From positions 248,001 to 312,000 of the forward strand of contig JAXLNO010000213.1 of NCBI GenBank assembly GCA_038087875.1: a stretch of DNA of 64,000 bases, written 5' to 3'. This DNA comes from Malacoraja senta. Its lineage: Eukaryota. Under the pieces are notes generated by a model. It saw only the letters and a program-made list of their open reading frames with translations, had not been told where the DNA came from and searched no databases. The position numbers were made by a program, and so were the translations under genes. Of this stretch, positions 26,125 through 38,390 are shown one piece after another (position 1 is the first letter of the stretch; every line of letters starts with the position of its first letter).

Positions 26125-29100
26125 ATGGGATATACATTGATCTATCGAATTGAGGATATATATAACCCTGCAAAAGCGGCTGTCGCGGTTTCCGGTAATT
26201 TCTTTGGTCATTGATTTTCATCTACCTGCATTAGCTGGGAGACATTCCGTCCACACCGGCGCTGCCTGCCGACGTTAAGCAATTTTTTTTCTGTTTCAAT
26301 AATTCACTTGTTTAATTTGGCCAGACATCCATTTTCCTACTGTAACTGCCGTAATGTGTACGTCTTGCCCGTTGTTTATTCTGGCCTGCATCACTCTTTG
26401 TACTGATTGCGTTGGCCAGATCCCTGACCAGAGAGCAGGTATCAGTTATTCACAATAGACAACAGACAATAGTTGCAGGAGTCGGCCATTCGACCCACCA
26501 CCGCCATTCAATGTGATCATGGCTAATCAGCCCCAATCAGTACCCCGTTCCTGCCTTCACCCCATATCCCCTCACTCTGCTATTTTTAAGTCCAATCTAG
26601 CTCTCTCTTGAAAGTATCCAGAGAACCGGCCTCCACCGCCCTCTGAGGCAGAGAATTCCACAGATTCACAACTCTCTGTGAGAAAATATATTTCCTCGTC
26701 TCCGTTCTAAATGGCTTATTTCTTATTATTAAACTGTGGCCCTTGGTTCTGGACTTCCCCAACATCGGAAACATGTTTCCTGCCTCCAGCGTGTACAAAC
26801 TCTTAATAATCTTATATGTTTCAATAAGATCGCCTCTCATCCTTCTTAACTCCAGAGTGTACAAGCCCAGCCGCTCCATTCTCTCAGCATGACAGTCCCG
26901 CCATCCCGGGAATTAACCTGGTGAACCTACGCTGCACTCCCTCAATAGCAAGAATGTCCTTCCTCAAATTAGGGGACCCTGAGATTGGATATATGTTGAC
27001 CAGGAGCTGAGAGAATTGCACCTTGGACTCCATCCATGGATAGTCTGAAACCAGTTAGTGAAATGACATCTGTTCCCAATCGGACAACCCTGCTTAACTG
27101 AATATATAATCTATATATTTTCTGCAGTCGTCGCTGCGGGAAGCGTTATCCCGTGTTAGACCTGTAATTCTACAGCTCATTAGATAAAGCAGGTGAATGT
27201 CACGAGCTGGTTTCTGACTCTATGAAAGTGTCACGATTTTACTATGCGTTAATTCAGATGTAAACAAATGTTGTCACGTAATATTCTGTCAGTTAATGTT
27301 ATGTATTTGGATAGCAGTAACAGGATCGGTCCGCGTCAGCATGGATTTACGAAGGGGAAATCATGCTTGACTAACCTTCTGGAATGTAACTAGGAAAATG
27401 GACAAGGGAAAGCCAGTGGATGTAGTGTACCTGGACTTTCAGAAATCATTTGATAAGGTCCCACATAGGAGATTAGTGGGCAAAATTAGGGCACTTGGTA
27501 TTGGAGGTTGAATGCTGACATGGATAGAAAATTGGTTGGCAGACAGGAAACAAAGAGTAGGGATTAACGGGTCCCTTTCAGAATGGCAGGCAGTGACTAG
27601 TGGGGTTCTGATTGGGGATGATCAGCCATGATCTCATTGAATGGCGAATGGCCTACTCCTGCACCTATTGTCTATTGTATCTTGACATCCTCTTCTTTGG
27701 ACGATCTGTAAATTCGAATGTATTACCGCAGATGTATCTGTACATCCTTGCCACCGTGCCACAGTCAGTACTGCCGGTGTCGCACAGTTCCGGAGACGCA
27801 GGTTCAATCTCAACCTCCTATGTGCAATGTTTCATCGTTCGTCCTCAGACGCCGCGCTACTCACAGCTGCGCTCTTGGTTCCTACCACATGCAATTGAGG
27901 TACTGCCTATTAGTGCTTTCTGTAACTACTGGATACGGGACTTTGTGTAGATGGATGGATGGATGATACAATCTGGGGGACAGTTGATAAGAATGTGGGG
28001 AGAATTAAAAGCTGTGAACGTAATATACATTGGTGTTTGATGAGGTGCGTGGACACCGTGGTCCAAAGGCTGCAGTCTCTGAACTACGTCGGAGCTAAAG
28101 TTCATTTGGTCAACGCATCCAAGTTTGAAAACCTTTCAATCAGACAATGTCCCTCAGATACATTTTGCGGGTTTTGTATCAGTAATATCTCTTCTCTCTC
28201 TCACAGTGAACTTGCTGGCGATTGTGATTCTCTGTCGAGGTAAATGCGGTCTCTCCAAATGCATCACAAGGTACCTGGTGGCCATGGCAGTGTCTGATCT
28301 TCTGGTCGGCATCACTGATCCGTTTCTACGTCAGACTATTAAAATTCACTTCCCGTATTCTTTGCTGAACATTACTCCCGTGTGCGTGACTATCTCGTTC
28401 CTGGTCTTTACAATCACCGCGGTCTCTGTCTGGCTGACGGTCGCCTTCACCTTCGATCGGTTTGTGGCTATTTGTTGTGAGAAGCTGAAAACAAGATATT
28501 GCACTGAGAGAACGGCGGCTGTGATTATCGGGGCAGTGGGTGTGCTGGGCTGTTTAGAGAACGCCCCCCGGTGTTTCACGTTAGAACCTGGCTACATGTT
28601 TAATAATCTTCCCTGGCGTTGCTACACCAAACCCACCTTCTATACGTCGTCTGCATGGATCGCATACGATGTCACACATCGCGTTCTAACCCCGTGTATC
28701 CCGTTCTTTCTGATCCTTCTGCTCAATGTGCTGACGGTCATGCGGGTTGTAGCTGCCAGCAGAGTCCGCAGGGGGCTCCGGGGTAAAAGCCACGGAGAGA
28801 ATGACAAGGACCCGCAGATGGAGGACCGCAGGAAATCCATTGTTTTACTCTTCAGTGTCACGGGCACTTTCATATTGCTGTGGGCAACACAAGCTGTCTT
28901 TATCATCTTTACCAGTATTGCGAAGACCGGATATGACGGCTCCCCCACCGGTTATTACTATATCACGAGAGCCACGTCGATGTTCCTGCAGCTGCTCAGT
29001 TCCTGCACCAACACGTGTATTTACGTGGTGACCCAGAGTAAATTCAGACAGGAGCTGTTGAACGGGATTAAATTCCCACTGAGAGCAATACGTGCACTTG

Positions 29101-29141
29101 TTTGTTCGTGGGTCCATACATTACAGAAGCAGGCTACTTGA
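26125..29141 (+). CDS. Class A orphan GPCR, GPR139/GPR142-like chondrichthyan family; join(26125..26194,28207..29141), 334 aa
   Basis: Exon 1 MGYTLIYRIEDIYNPAKAAVAVS, donor G|GTAATT; acceptor TCTCTCTCACAG|TGAAC (phase 1); 7 TM segments with AMAVSDLL, FTFDRFVAICC, TPCIPF, SSCTNTCIY. Confidence 0.9.
26450..26978 (-). mobile_element. CR1 3' portion in GPCR intron (predates duplication)
   Basis: ORF 26586-26879; same position as 1790-2323 in the paralog. Confidence 0.9.
27310..27678 (+). mobile_element. CR1 RT fragment plus 3' tail, specific to this duplicate
   Basis: QHGFTKGKSCLTNL..VYLDFQK.FDKVPH coding remnants; absent near 1470 in the paralog. Confidence 0.85.
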
Positions 29142-29929
29142 TCCACCGATCCATGCTGATATTTCAACATACATTTTATCTCATCCCACTTTGATCTCCC
29201 AATATTCTCACTCAAATGCCCAAATACCTACTGCGCACATACTGACATAGAATGGCGATGCAGGCTCGAAGGGACAAATGGCCTACCCCTGCGCCTATTG
29301 TCTGGTGTCTATTGTCATATGTGGTACACGTTTCCCTCCTATTCCGCCTTATGCTTCATTTGCCCGGTTGCATATCTCACCATATCTGACTGCGTTACAG
29401 TTGCCGACGTAAATCTGAAGCGGAATAAACAATGCGAGGAAAACACAAATTGATGGAGGAAATCCTCGGGTCGGGCTGTATCTGCGCAGGGAATTGACAG
29501 ATGGCGTTTTGTATGGGGACCATGAAGAAGTCTGGGGGAAGGAACTATCAGGAAACAGCGCCTGTCTATCCCCACCACAAATGCTGCCTGACCCACTGAG
29601 TTCTGATCTGCTCTCCGCTGCAGGGTGTGAAGCATTTGGAGAGGGCGTTAAAGGTTTAGCATATTGATGAAAAGACAAAGGCTAGAAGGCATGGGTTTAA
29701 AGTAAGAGAGCAAAGATCAATTGAAATGTGTGGGGCACGATTCTTCACACAGAGGGTGGCAGATGCGTTTTTAATGTTAGTGGTGGAGGCTGTTAGTATC
29801 ATGGAGTTTATGAGGTATTCCTATAGGCACGTGGATAGACAAATTCCTCAGGGATATGGATCATGTGTAAGCAGATGACACTAATTTAACTTGTTATGGG
29901 CCGAAATGCCTTTTCGTGTGCTGTGGTGT

Positions 29930-30700
29930 ATTCCACACCACCCCCCCGCCCGGCAACGACACTGTGTATTCCTAATCCCCCCCCCCCGCCCCCGCCCGGC
30001 AACCACACTGTATATTCCACATCCCCCCCGCCCGGCAACCACACTGTGTAATCCACATCCGCCGCCCACGACACTGTGTATTCCACATCCCCCGCCCTGG
30101 ACACTGTGTATTCCACATCCCCCGCCCTGGACACTGTGTATTCCACATCCCCCGCCCTGGACACTGTGTATTCCACATCCTCCACACACAACACTGTGTA
30201 ATCCACATCCCCCGCCCACACTGTGTAATCCACATCCTCCGCCCACGACACTGTGTATTCCACATCCCCCGCCCTGGACACGGTGTAATCCACATCCCCC
30301 ACCCACGACACTGTGTATTCCACATCCTCCGCCCACGACACTGTGTTACCCACATCCTCCGCCCACGACACTGTGTAATCCACATCCCCAGCCCTGGACA
30401 CTGTGTAATCCAAATCCCCCTCCCTGGACACTGTGTAATCCACATCCCCTCGCCCGCCCACGACACTGTGTAATCCACATCCCCCGCCCTGGACACTGTG
30501 TAATCCACATCCTCCGCCCAGGACACTGTGTAATCCACATTTCCCCCGCCCACGACACTGTATTCCACATCCCCCGCCCACGACACTGTGTATTCCACAT
30601 CTCCCGCCCACGACACTGTTTTATCCACATCCCCCGCCCACGACACTGTGTATTCCACACCCCCCACCCAGGACACTGTGTTATCCACACCCACCGCCCG
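29930..30700. repeat. 30-bp minisatellite, about 25 units, with degenerate units continuing to about 32150
   Basis: Unit GACACTGTGTA(A/T)TCCACATCC(C/T)CCGCCC(AC/TG); inverted paralogous array at about 62490-63030. Confidence 0.95.
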
Positions 30701-31129
30701 TCTAAGGATCATGTGTGACCCACGCCGGCCGACCAGGGACACAACCCCTGTGTAATCCACAAATCTCCGGCCCGGGTCTCAGTCTTGTCCACACCTCGTC
30801 GTCCCAGGGCTCTGTTTTATCGACATCCCAGGATACTGAAACTATCATTGACGCACCAGAGCCCAGGGCCACGTGTAACCTAACAACCCGTCCCGCGATT
30901 GAAAACCATGTTCAATCAGTGACACCATCTGTAATCACAGGATACAGACCCCTGACCCATACACTGCCACTCTACGGCTTGGACCCAGTGTAATCCACAC
31001 TCCTGTGCCAGGACACAGACACTGTTTAGTTCAGGATGTTTTCTATCAATCCACACACGTCGCCACATAAATCTGTGTAATCTACGACCCCATGCCAGGA
31101 CCCAGAACACTGTGTGCACCATGACCATT

Positions 31130-31537
31130 TGTAACCTTCCCTCCATTGATGAAATGTACACTGCAAGGGCCAGGAAGCGAGCGGGCAAGATCATCTCTGA
31201 CCCGCCTCACCATGGCCACAAACTCTTTCAATCACTTCCCTCTGGAAGGCGACTCCGGATGGTCAAAGCTGCCAAAGCCAGACATTAAAAGTTTTTATCC
31301 ACGAGTAGTTGCTGTACTCAGCAGCCAAAAATCTGTAGCCTCCCTTTGACCTGGTATTTTATTGGTTCACACGCTTGATCAATGGTGTTTTATCATTAAT
31401 GTTTTATTATTATTAATGTTTAGTGTTTCCTGAGCCATTCGTAACTGTCACTGTTTGTCATATTCTTACTTGTGGGCGGAGCATCAAGGCAAATTCCTTG
31501 TATGTGAATACTTGGCCAATAAACTTACTTACTTACT
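31130..31537 (+). mobile_element. Rex1/Babar-type LINE 3' end (shared with paralog 61691-62095)
   Basis: Same sequence family as 3430-4045. Confidence 0.8.
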
Positions 31538-33109
31538 AATCAATATGATTTGTCCGAGGACGCAGTGGCTCCGCACCGCTCGGCGCGGCTTTTTGATCCA
31601 AAACCTCCGTCCCAGAACCCTTTATGATCCCACCCCAGATTCCAGGACGTTGGGCAGTGCAGGGACATGGGTACTGAACAAACCTCGTCCTAGGACACGG
31701 TGTAAAAATTACAGACTAGCCTGGAACTATGTGCAATCCAAACCATCGTCCCGGGATCCAGGACACTGTTTAATCGGGTCCTTGCGTAATCAGCATCCCA
31801 GATCGAGGAGCATGTGTAATCCACACCCCGGTCTAGTACCCGGGATCTTTGTAATCCACACCACCATTCCAGCACCCTGGACCCTGTGTAATGCACACAC
31901 CCGCCAAGCACCCGGGACGCTGTGTAATCCACAATCCCGTCCCAGGACCCGGCTCCTTGTTTAATCAGCATCCCAGGTCCTGGACCAGAGGTAATCCACA
32001 CCACCTTTCCTGCACCCGTGACCCTGTGGAATCGACATTCCGTCTCGGGACCTGATTATTTGTGTAACCTGCCCCGCAGGTCCAGGACCATGTGTAATCC
32101 ACACTCCCTTTCCAGCACCCGGGGACCGGTGTAATCCAAACCAAGCCGCGGTATTTCAACCCCTCGGACCCGGAACCCTGTGCTCACAATATCCACTCCG
32201 ATACACTGCAGGACTCAGCAATAGCCAATCACCAGTCCCAGAGCAGCTCACATCGGGAGAGTGAACCCATCCTCATCTGCTTGGAAAAGACTACAGCTGC
32301 GTCCCGTCCCGAGGTGGGGAAGCCCCGTCGCGTTGGACACACTGCCGCTTCAGTCACGGAGCGTTGGAGTGGAGGGGAGGCGAGTGGTGTCCACGAAAGA
32401 ATTGGCGGATCGCAGGGGAACCTTCACACTGGGATATTGTAGGGGGCAGGAGCAATGCTGTACATGCCGTAGAAGTATTTTCCCCCAAAACCCACCCGCC
32501 AGACACAACCCCTCCGCATGGCACATGCTCCCCTCCGGCAGCCATGTCCTCGCCTCAACGAGGCACGCCTGTCATCCAGTCTCCCTCTCCGTCTGTCTCC
32601 CTCTCCGTCAGACACGTCCGACTCTCCGCCAGACACGTCAGCCTCTCCTCCACACACGCCTGGCCTTCCGCCAGACACGCCTGTCGCTCCGCCAGACACG
32701 GTTGGCTCTCTTCCATTACATCTGCCTCTCATGCCAGACACGCCTGCTCCTCTACACAGATACAGTCTGGTCCTCCGCCACACACACGTCCCACTCCACT
32801 AGACACCGCAACCCCACCAAGCGGACACGACTCCTGGTCAGAGGCCATTGTAGAGGCAGCTACCGCAGCAATTCCGAAAACAAATTCCTTTGGAAAGGTA
32901 ACTGGAGAAGAAAGGTTGCTGCCTCTACAATGGCCGCAATAGTTGAAAAGCTGGCAAATGGGAACTTTTGTGTGAAAAAGTTACCCCTCAGATTACTATT
33001 AAATCTCTTTCCATTCATCTTAAACCCATGCCTCTGGTCCGCGATTCACCTCCTCTGCGCAAGAGATTCCGTGCTTCAACACGATCTATTCCTCTCATGA
33101 TTTTATAAA

Positions 33110-33505
33110 CCTCTCGGGCTCAGCGGTTCCCGGACTCAGCGGTTCTCGGGCTCCGGGGTTCTCGGGCTCAGCAGTTCTCGGGCTCAGCGGTTCTCGGGCT
33201 CAGAGTCTCGCCGTGGAGGTGGTCGCCCCACGCACTCTCCACACTCTGCTCACTGCGATCCTTCAGCTTTCTTCTCCTCGCCGCCGGTAAATGACAGCTG
33301 GTGCCAGAAAGGGCGTCGCCGTCCCGGCGAATGACAGGAGAGAAGAACATAAACATGCATAACTTTTGTAATATTCCATCGATCGGAACAAAACTTGGTG
33401 CGCTTGCAGCACAGGTGAATGGCGAATAAGGTGGCGAAAACAGAAAATGTTTTAAAAAAACCGCAAACCGCAAGAGGACAAGATGAGAGTTTTAGTTATG
33501 GATAG
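33110..33505 (-). mobile_element. Helitron-like 5' end with internal 16-bp tandem repeat
   Basis: Reverse complement starts TCTATCCATAACTAAAACTCTCATCTTG, like 18368 and 12068; CTCGGGCTCAGCGGTT about 5.5 times at 33113-33203. Confidence 0.5.
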
Positions 33506-33536
33506 ATAGACGGACGGACGGACAAGATAGATAGAT

Positions 33537-33604
<68 letters not shown>
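33500..33604. repeat. Compound (GATA)/(TA) microsatellite
   Basis: Directly visible. Confidence 0.95.
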
Positions 33605-33989
33605 TACAATGTGCTGCAATGAGCTGCTTGAATGAGCGGCTAAGCATATTGCATAAACGGGAATCTCGACCTCAGAGATTTTCAGACACTTTACTGTTTC
33701 CTACAATTGCCTGCGAAAAATTGGGGTGGAATTAATTGTGAATAAATCTCAAGTCCTGAACTGATTTCTCCATACCATTTCTTGGCCTGATGCAACTGGT
33801 GTTCCGTCCAGTGATGTCGCAATCCTACAGTCGGTCAGGGGGTGAATTTTCAGATTCTTCCACTCGCAAGTGTGTCAGTTTCTATCATTCATACGGACAT
33901 TCGTCTTGAGTTGATGGATCCTGACAATCGGCCAGTCACACGGTGAGTTGTTCATGTCTCACATTAACCAGATTCAGAGGCAATGGACG

Positions 33990-34700
33990 GATGTGGGGCA
34001 GCGGGGAAGGAGAATGAGGACAGTGGAAGTGAGGGGAAGGGGAGAAGGGAGGAGAGTGAGGGGAGAGAGGGTGGAAGAGGAGAGGGATAGGGGGAGAAGG
34101 GAGGGGGTGCGGTGAGGAAGGGGGGCGGCCCTGCCCCGCGACGTACACCCGCCCTGCCCCGTGACGTACCCCCGGCCCACACACGCACTACCGGCACCCT
34201 GACGTCACGGTGGGGCAGCCGGCACGCCCCGCCAGCGTTTGTGGGGAACGTGGATAGGTTACACCGCGGCCTCCCGCCGCCAGGTTAACGCTGCAGTCGG
34301 AGGACAACAAGGCGCCCAGACTCACTCACTGACATCCCCCTCCGCCCGCACGTCTCGGGCTCCAGCTCCTCGGGTCGCCGGCCGCAGGATCGGCCTCGGG
34401 GTGGGAGGAGGCGGTGGGGAAAGGACGCGGGAAAGTTCCCACCTGAGCTCCCGCCGCTGAGCGGAGGCCCCGCCTCTTCGTATCACGTCACAAAGGACCA
34501 GGTCCCGCCCCCTCCTTGAGACCAACCAATCAGAGCCGCATCCCCGCCCCTCGGACGGACAGCGCCCTCTGCCAACAGGAGCCGTCCATCCCGCCTGAGC
34601 AACGATTGCCATGGCGCAGCCGGCCCCGCCCCCGCGGCTCCTACAGCTCGTGGGGGGAGGGGAAACAATCACAGCAGCTGCAGAGCCTGCAAACCTGAGA
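33990..34700. promoter_or_regulatory. CpG island with promoter-like motifs
   Basis: High GC and CpG density; TGACGTCA at about 34201, several CCCCGCCC boxes, CCAATCAG at about 34526, TCACGTCAC; minus-strand GTGAGT donor-like sites at about 34320-34330. Confidence 0.6.
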
Positions 34701-34859
34701 TTAAACCTCAAGGGGGCCAGAGTACAAAATGCTGCAGTAACTCATCGGACGGGCAGCATCTCTGGAGAGAAGGAATGGGTGACGTTTCGAGGTTGAGACC
34801 CTTCCTCAGACTGAGAGTAGCAGGAGAGATGTGGACGGTGATGTGGAGTGAAAAGCTTT

Positions 34860-35210
34860 TACATAGAAACATAGACAATAGGTGCAAGAGTAGGCCATTC
34901 AGCCCTTCGAGCCAGCACAGCAATCCAATATGATCAAGGCTGATCATCCACAAACAGTCCCCCGTTCCTGCCTTCTCCCCACAACCCCTGACTCCACTAT
35001 CCATAAGAGCTCCATCTAGCTCTCTTCAAAGTATCCAGAGAACCGGCCTCCCACCGCCCACTGAGGCAGAGAATTCCACAGACTAACAGCTGCCTGTGTG
35101 AAAAAGTGTTTCCTCGTCTCCGTTCTAAATGGCTTACCCTTATTCTTAAACTATGGCCCCTGGTTCTGAACTCCCCCAGCATCGGAAACATGTTTTCCTG
35201 CCTCTAGCAA
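34860..35210 (-). mobile_element. CR1 3' fragment
   Basis: [16 protein letters not shown] peptide and typical tail. Confidence 0.85.
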
Positions 35211-36415
35211 AGTGTGTCCAGGTTCAGCTCCTGAAGGACCGTGTTGGGCACTGGAGAAGCAGCTGGATGACCTCAGGCTCATCCGGGAAAATCATGGACA
35301 GGACCTACAGTAAGATCGTTGCACCGAAGATACATCGAAGAGAGAAGGGGAAAGGTCTCCGAGTCAAAAGGTGAAGCTGAGGCATAAGCGAAGAGACATA
35401 CGTCAGGCAGAGCCGTGGTGGTCGGGACGGACAGGGGTTTCTGCGGCAACAGGTGAGAGTCAAGGATAGTGTGTTGCCTCACTGGTGCCAGGATCCAGGA
35501 CGTCATGGACCGATTGCAGAGCATCCTCAAGGGTGAAGGTGAGCAGCCGGAAGTGGTAGTGCATGTCGGCACAAATGACATCGGGAAGATGAGGAAAGAC
35601 ATTCTGCAGCGTGACTTCAGAGAACTCGGAAGGCGGCTGAAAAGCACTCCAGGGTTGGTTATCTCCGGTTTGCTTCCAGTTCCTCGTGCTGGTGAGGGAA
35701 GGAACGGAGATAGAGGATTTCAATGTGTGGCTGAGGAGCTGGTGCAGGGAGCAGGGATTTAGATTCTTAGACCAGTGGAATCTGCTTTGGGGGGAGGGTG
35801 AATTGTACAAAATGATGGGTTGCACCTTAACAGGTGGGGGAACAACAATGACAGGTATTTCTGGGAATAATACAGAAGGTGCAGGATCCGTTCATTCCAA
35901 AGAGGAAGAAAGATTCAAGGGGAGTAAGGGGCGACCATGGCTGACAAGGCAGTCAGGGACGGTATAAAAATAAAAGAGAAGTACAACATAGCAAAGATGA
36001 GCGAGAAGCAAGAGGATTGGGTAACTTTTAAAGAGCAACAGAAGATAACTAAAAAGGCAATGCGGGAAGAAAAGATGAGGTGCGAAGGTAAGCTAGCCAA
36101 GAATATAAAGGAGGATAGTAAAAGCTTCTTTTGGTATGCGAAGAGGAAAAAATTAGTTAAGCCCAAATTTGGACCCTTGAAGCCTGAAAAAGGTGAATTT
36201 ATTATGGGGAACAAGGAAATGGCAGACGAGTTGAACAGGTACTTTGGATCTGTCTTCACAATCTCCCAGATGTACTAATGGCCGGAGGATCTAGGGTGAC
36301 GGAGGACTGAAGGAAATTCACATTAGGCAAGGAATGGTGTTGGTTAGACTGATAGGACTGAGGCTGATAAATCCCCAGGGCCTGATGGGCTACATCCCAG
36401 GGTACTTAAGGAAGG
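35210..36415 (+). mobile_element. CR1 ORF1 (SGNH esterase-like) and ORF2 remnants
   Basis: GARIQDV..VVVHVGTNDIG; KLAKNIKEDSKSFF; KSPGPDG. Confidence 0.85.
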
Positions 36416-36939
36416 AGAAGTCAAGGGGGAGGGAGAGAGTGGTGGAGAGAGGGAGGGTGGACGGAGAGTTTATTGATTACCCCCCTTAGACGGGGGTTTA
36501 TTGATTATGTACAGCAAGGGGGAAGAGTGGGGGAGAGATGGAGATGGAGAGAGGGAAGAGGTGGAGTTTATTGATTATTTACCTCATATATCCACTCAGA
36601 CAGAGGTTTATAACCAATATTTACCCCAGTTTTTCTCACAGACCTGTAGTTTATGTGGAGATTTATTGATTATTTACAGAGGGGAGACAGACACTGAGCG
36701 ATGTTTACAACATTATTTACCCCAGTTTTACCCCCAGACATGTAGTTTATGTGAAGATTTACCTCAGTAAATAAGGAAGGTAGACAAAAATGCAGGAGAA
36801 ACTCAGCGGGTGAGGCAGCATCTGTGGAACGAAGGATACATTAAACCACTGTTCCTGGTGTCTCTGCCACGGTACCACAGCAATTCTCTCTCACTCCAAC
36901 AAGAAGACTTTCGCAACTTAAAAACAGCGCTGGCTACTG

Positions 36940-37225
36940 CACAAGAGAGAGACGGAGAGAGGGAGAGAGAGGCGGAGAGAGAGAGAGAGTGAGAGAGGGG
37001 GGGAGAGAGAGAGAGGGAAAGAGAGAGAGGGGGAGAGAAAGAGGGGGAGAGAGAGGGGGGAGAGAAAGAGGGGAGAGGGGGGCGAGAAAGTGGGGGAGAG
37101 GGAGAGAAAGAGGGGGAGAGGGGGGGGTGAAGAGAAAGAGGGGGGAGGGAGAAAGGGATATATATATATAGAGAGAGAGCTATATATAGAGAGAGAGATA
37201 GATAGAGAGAAATAGAGAGAGATAG
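36940..37225. repeat. GA-rich simple sequence
   Basis: Directly visible. Confidence 0.9.
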
Positions 37226-38390
37226 ATTATGTTTCCAAAATTTGAGTATTCGTTTTTTCGCCGTTATCAGGCCATAATTAAGGAAACGTCTTTGAAATAA
37301 TGAAAGCTCAGAGCAGGCTTCTGACGTACCTAATATGATCAATTCCGTATCGGGATCCAATTTTGTTTCTAGCGTTTTTGAAAAAAATTCAAAAATTCCT
37401 CTCCAAAATTATGTAACTTTATACAAGAGACAAAGGAATAGGTTATAGTTGCTTCCTGAAGGAGACATTTATCACAAATATGAGATACATTTGGAAATAT
37501 CTTATTCAGTTTAGACTTTGAATAATAGAGTATGTGCAGTGTTTTAAATTGAATTAACGAATGCCTAACGTTAATCGAACAATTATGTATATAGAGAAGG
37601 TTTTCCTCCCATCTGTCTTTTAGAATTTTTAGGCCGAGATCATCTTTCCAAGCTCTTCTAATTACTTCTGACGATGGGGTTTCTATATTTAAAAGGGTGT
37701 TTTACAGATATGATATTAACTTGTTGAATCCGAGTTTCTATTCAAATATTCGTCTAGTGTGTCTGGCAACAAAGATTGGTAGTCTTGGGTATATGATTTC
37801 AGATAGTCTCGAATATGAAGATATCTAAAATATTGACCACCTTTCAGGTGATATTTCGACTGTAATTCTTGAAATGAGAGAATGGTTCCCATCTCATTAA
37901 GGTCTCCGAGTTTTTTGATTCCTAATCTTTCCCAACGTGTGAACGTTTTGTCTAGAATAGATGGCTTGAACGAAGGATTGTTGGCAATTTGTAAGAGAAG
38001 AGATACATTTCTCAGTTTAAGGGTTGTCTTCACTTGTGTCCAGATTCGTGAGGTACTGTGGATAATCGGATTTTTCTCCTAAAGTGTTTTCTTCAAATTT
38101 ATTGGAGAGAGAGGAATCGCGCCTATATTAAAAGGTGAACAATCCTCTCTATCGATTATTACCATTTTACCGGTTGGCATGTGTTGTCCAGCCAATAGAT
38201 TACGTTTTTAATATTCGTTGCCCAATAATAGTATAAGAAATTGGGAAAAGCTGGTCCACCAATTTCTTTGGGTTTACATAGATGCCGTTATTGGATTTTA
38301 TAGTCCCAAATAAAGTTTGTGATCAAAGAATCGATTAAAAAAAAATTTAGAAGGTATATCGGTATTGATTGGAATAAGTACAGGATTTGT
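37226..38390 (-). mobile_element. L1 ORF2 3' fragment
   Basis: IANNPSFKPS..WERLGIK; HSLIQFKTLHILYYSK; homologous to about 54570-55700. Confidence 0.85.

Noticed and set aside
28125..28206. ORF-track N-terminus MKTFQSDNV.. of the GPCR
   Set aside because: It begins at TTG and is intron sequence ending in a polypyrimidine tract and AG; the true exon 1 is 26125-26194.
26125..29141. Assigning the symbol GPR139
   Set aside because: Family resemblance only; multiple local paralogs argue against one-to-one orthology.
29881..30760. Cys/Gly- or Pro/His-rich repeat proteins (keratin-associated-like)
   Set aside because: A 30-bp period keeps frames open on both strands; frames and unit number are not conserved in the paralog; no splice or start context.
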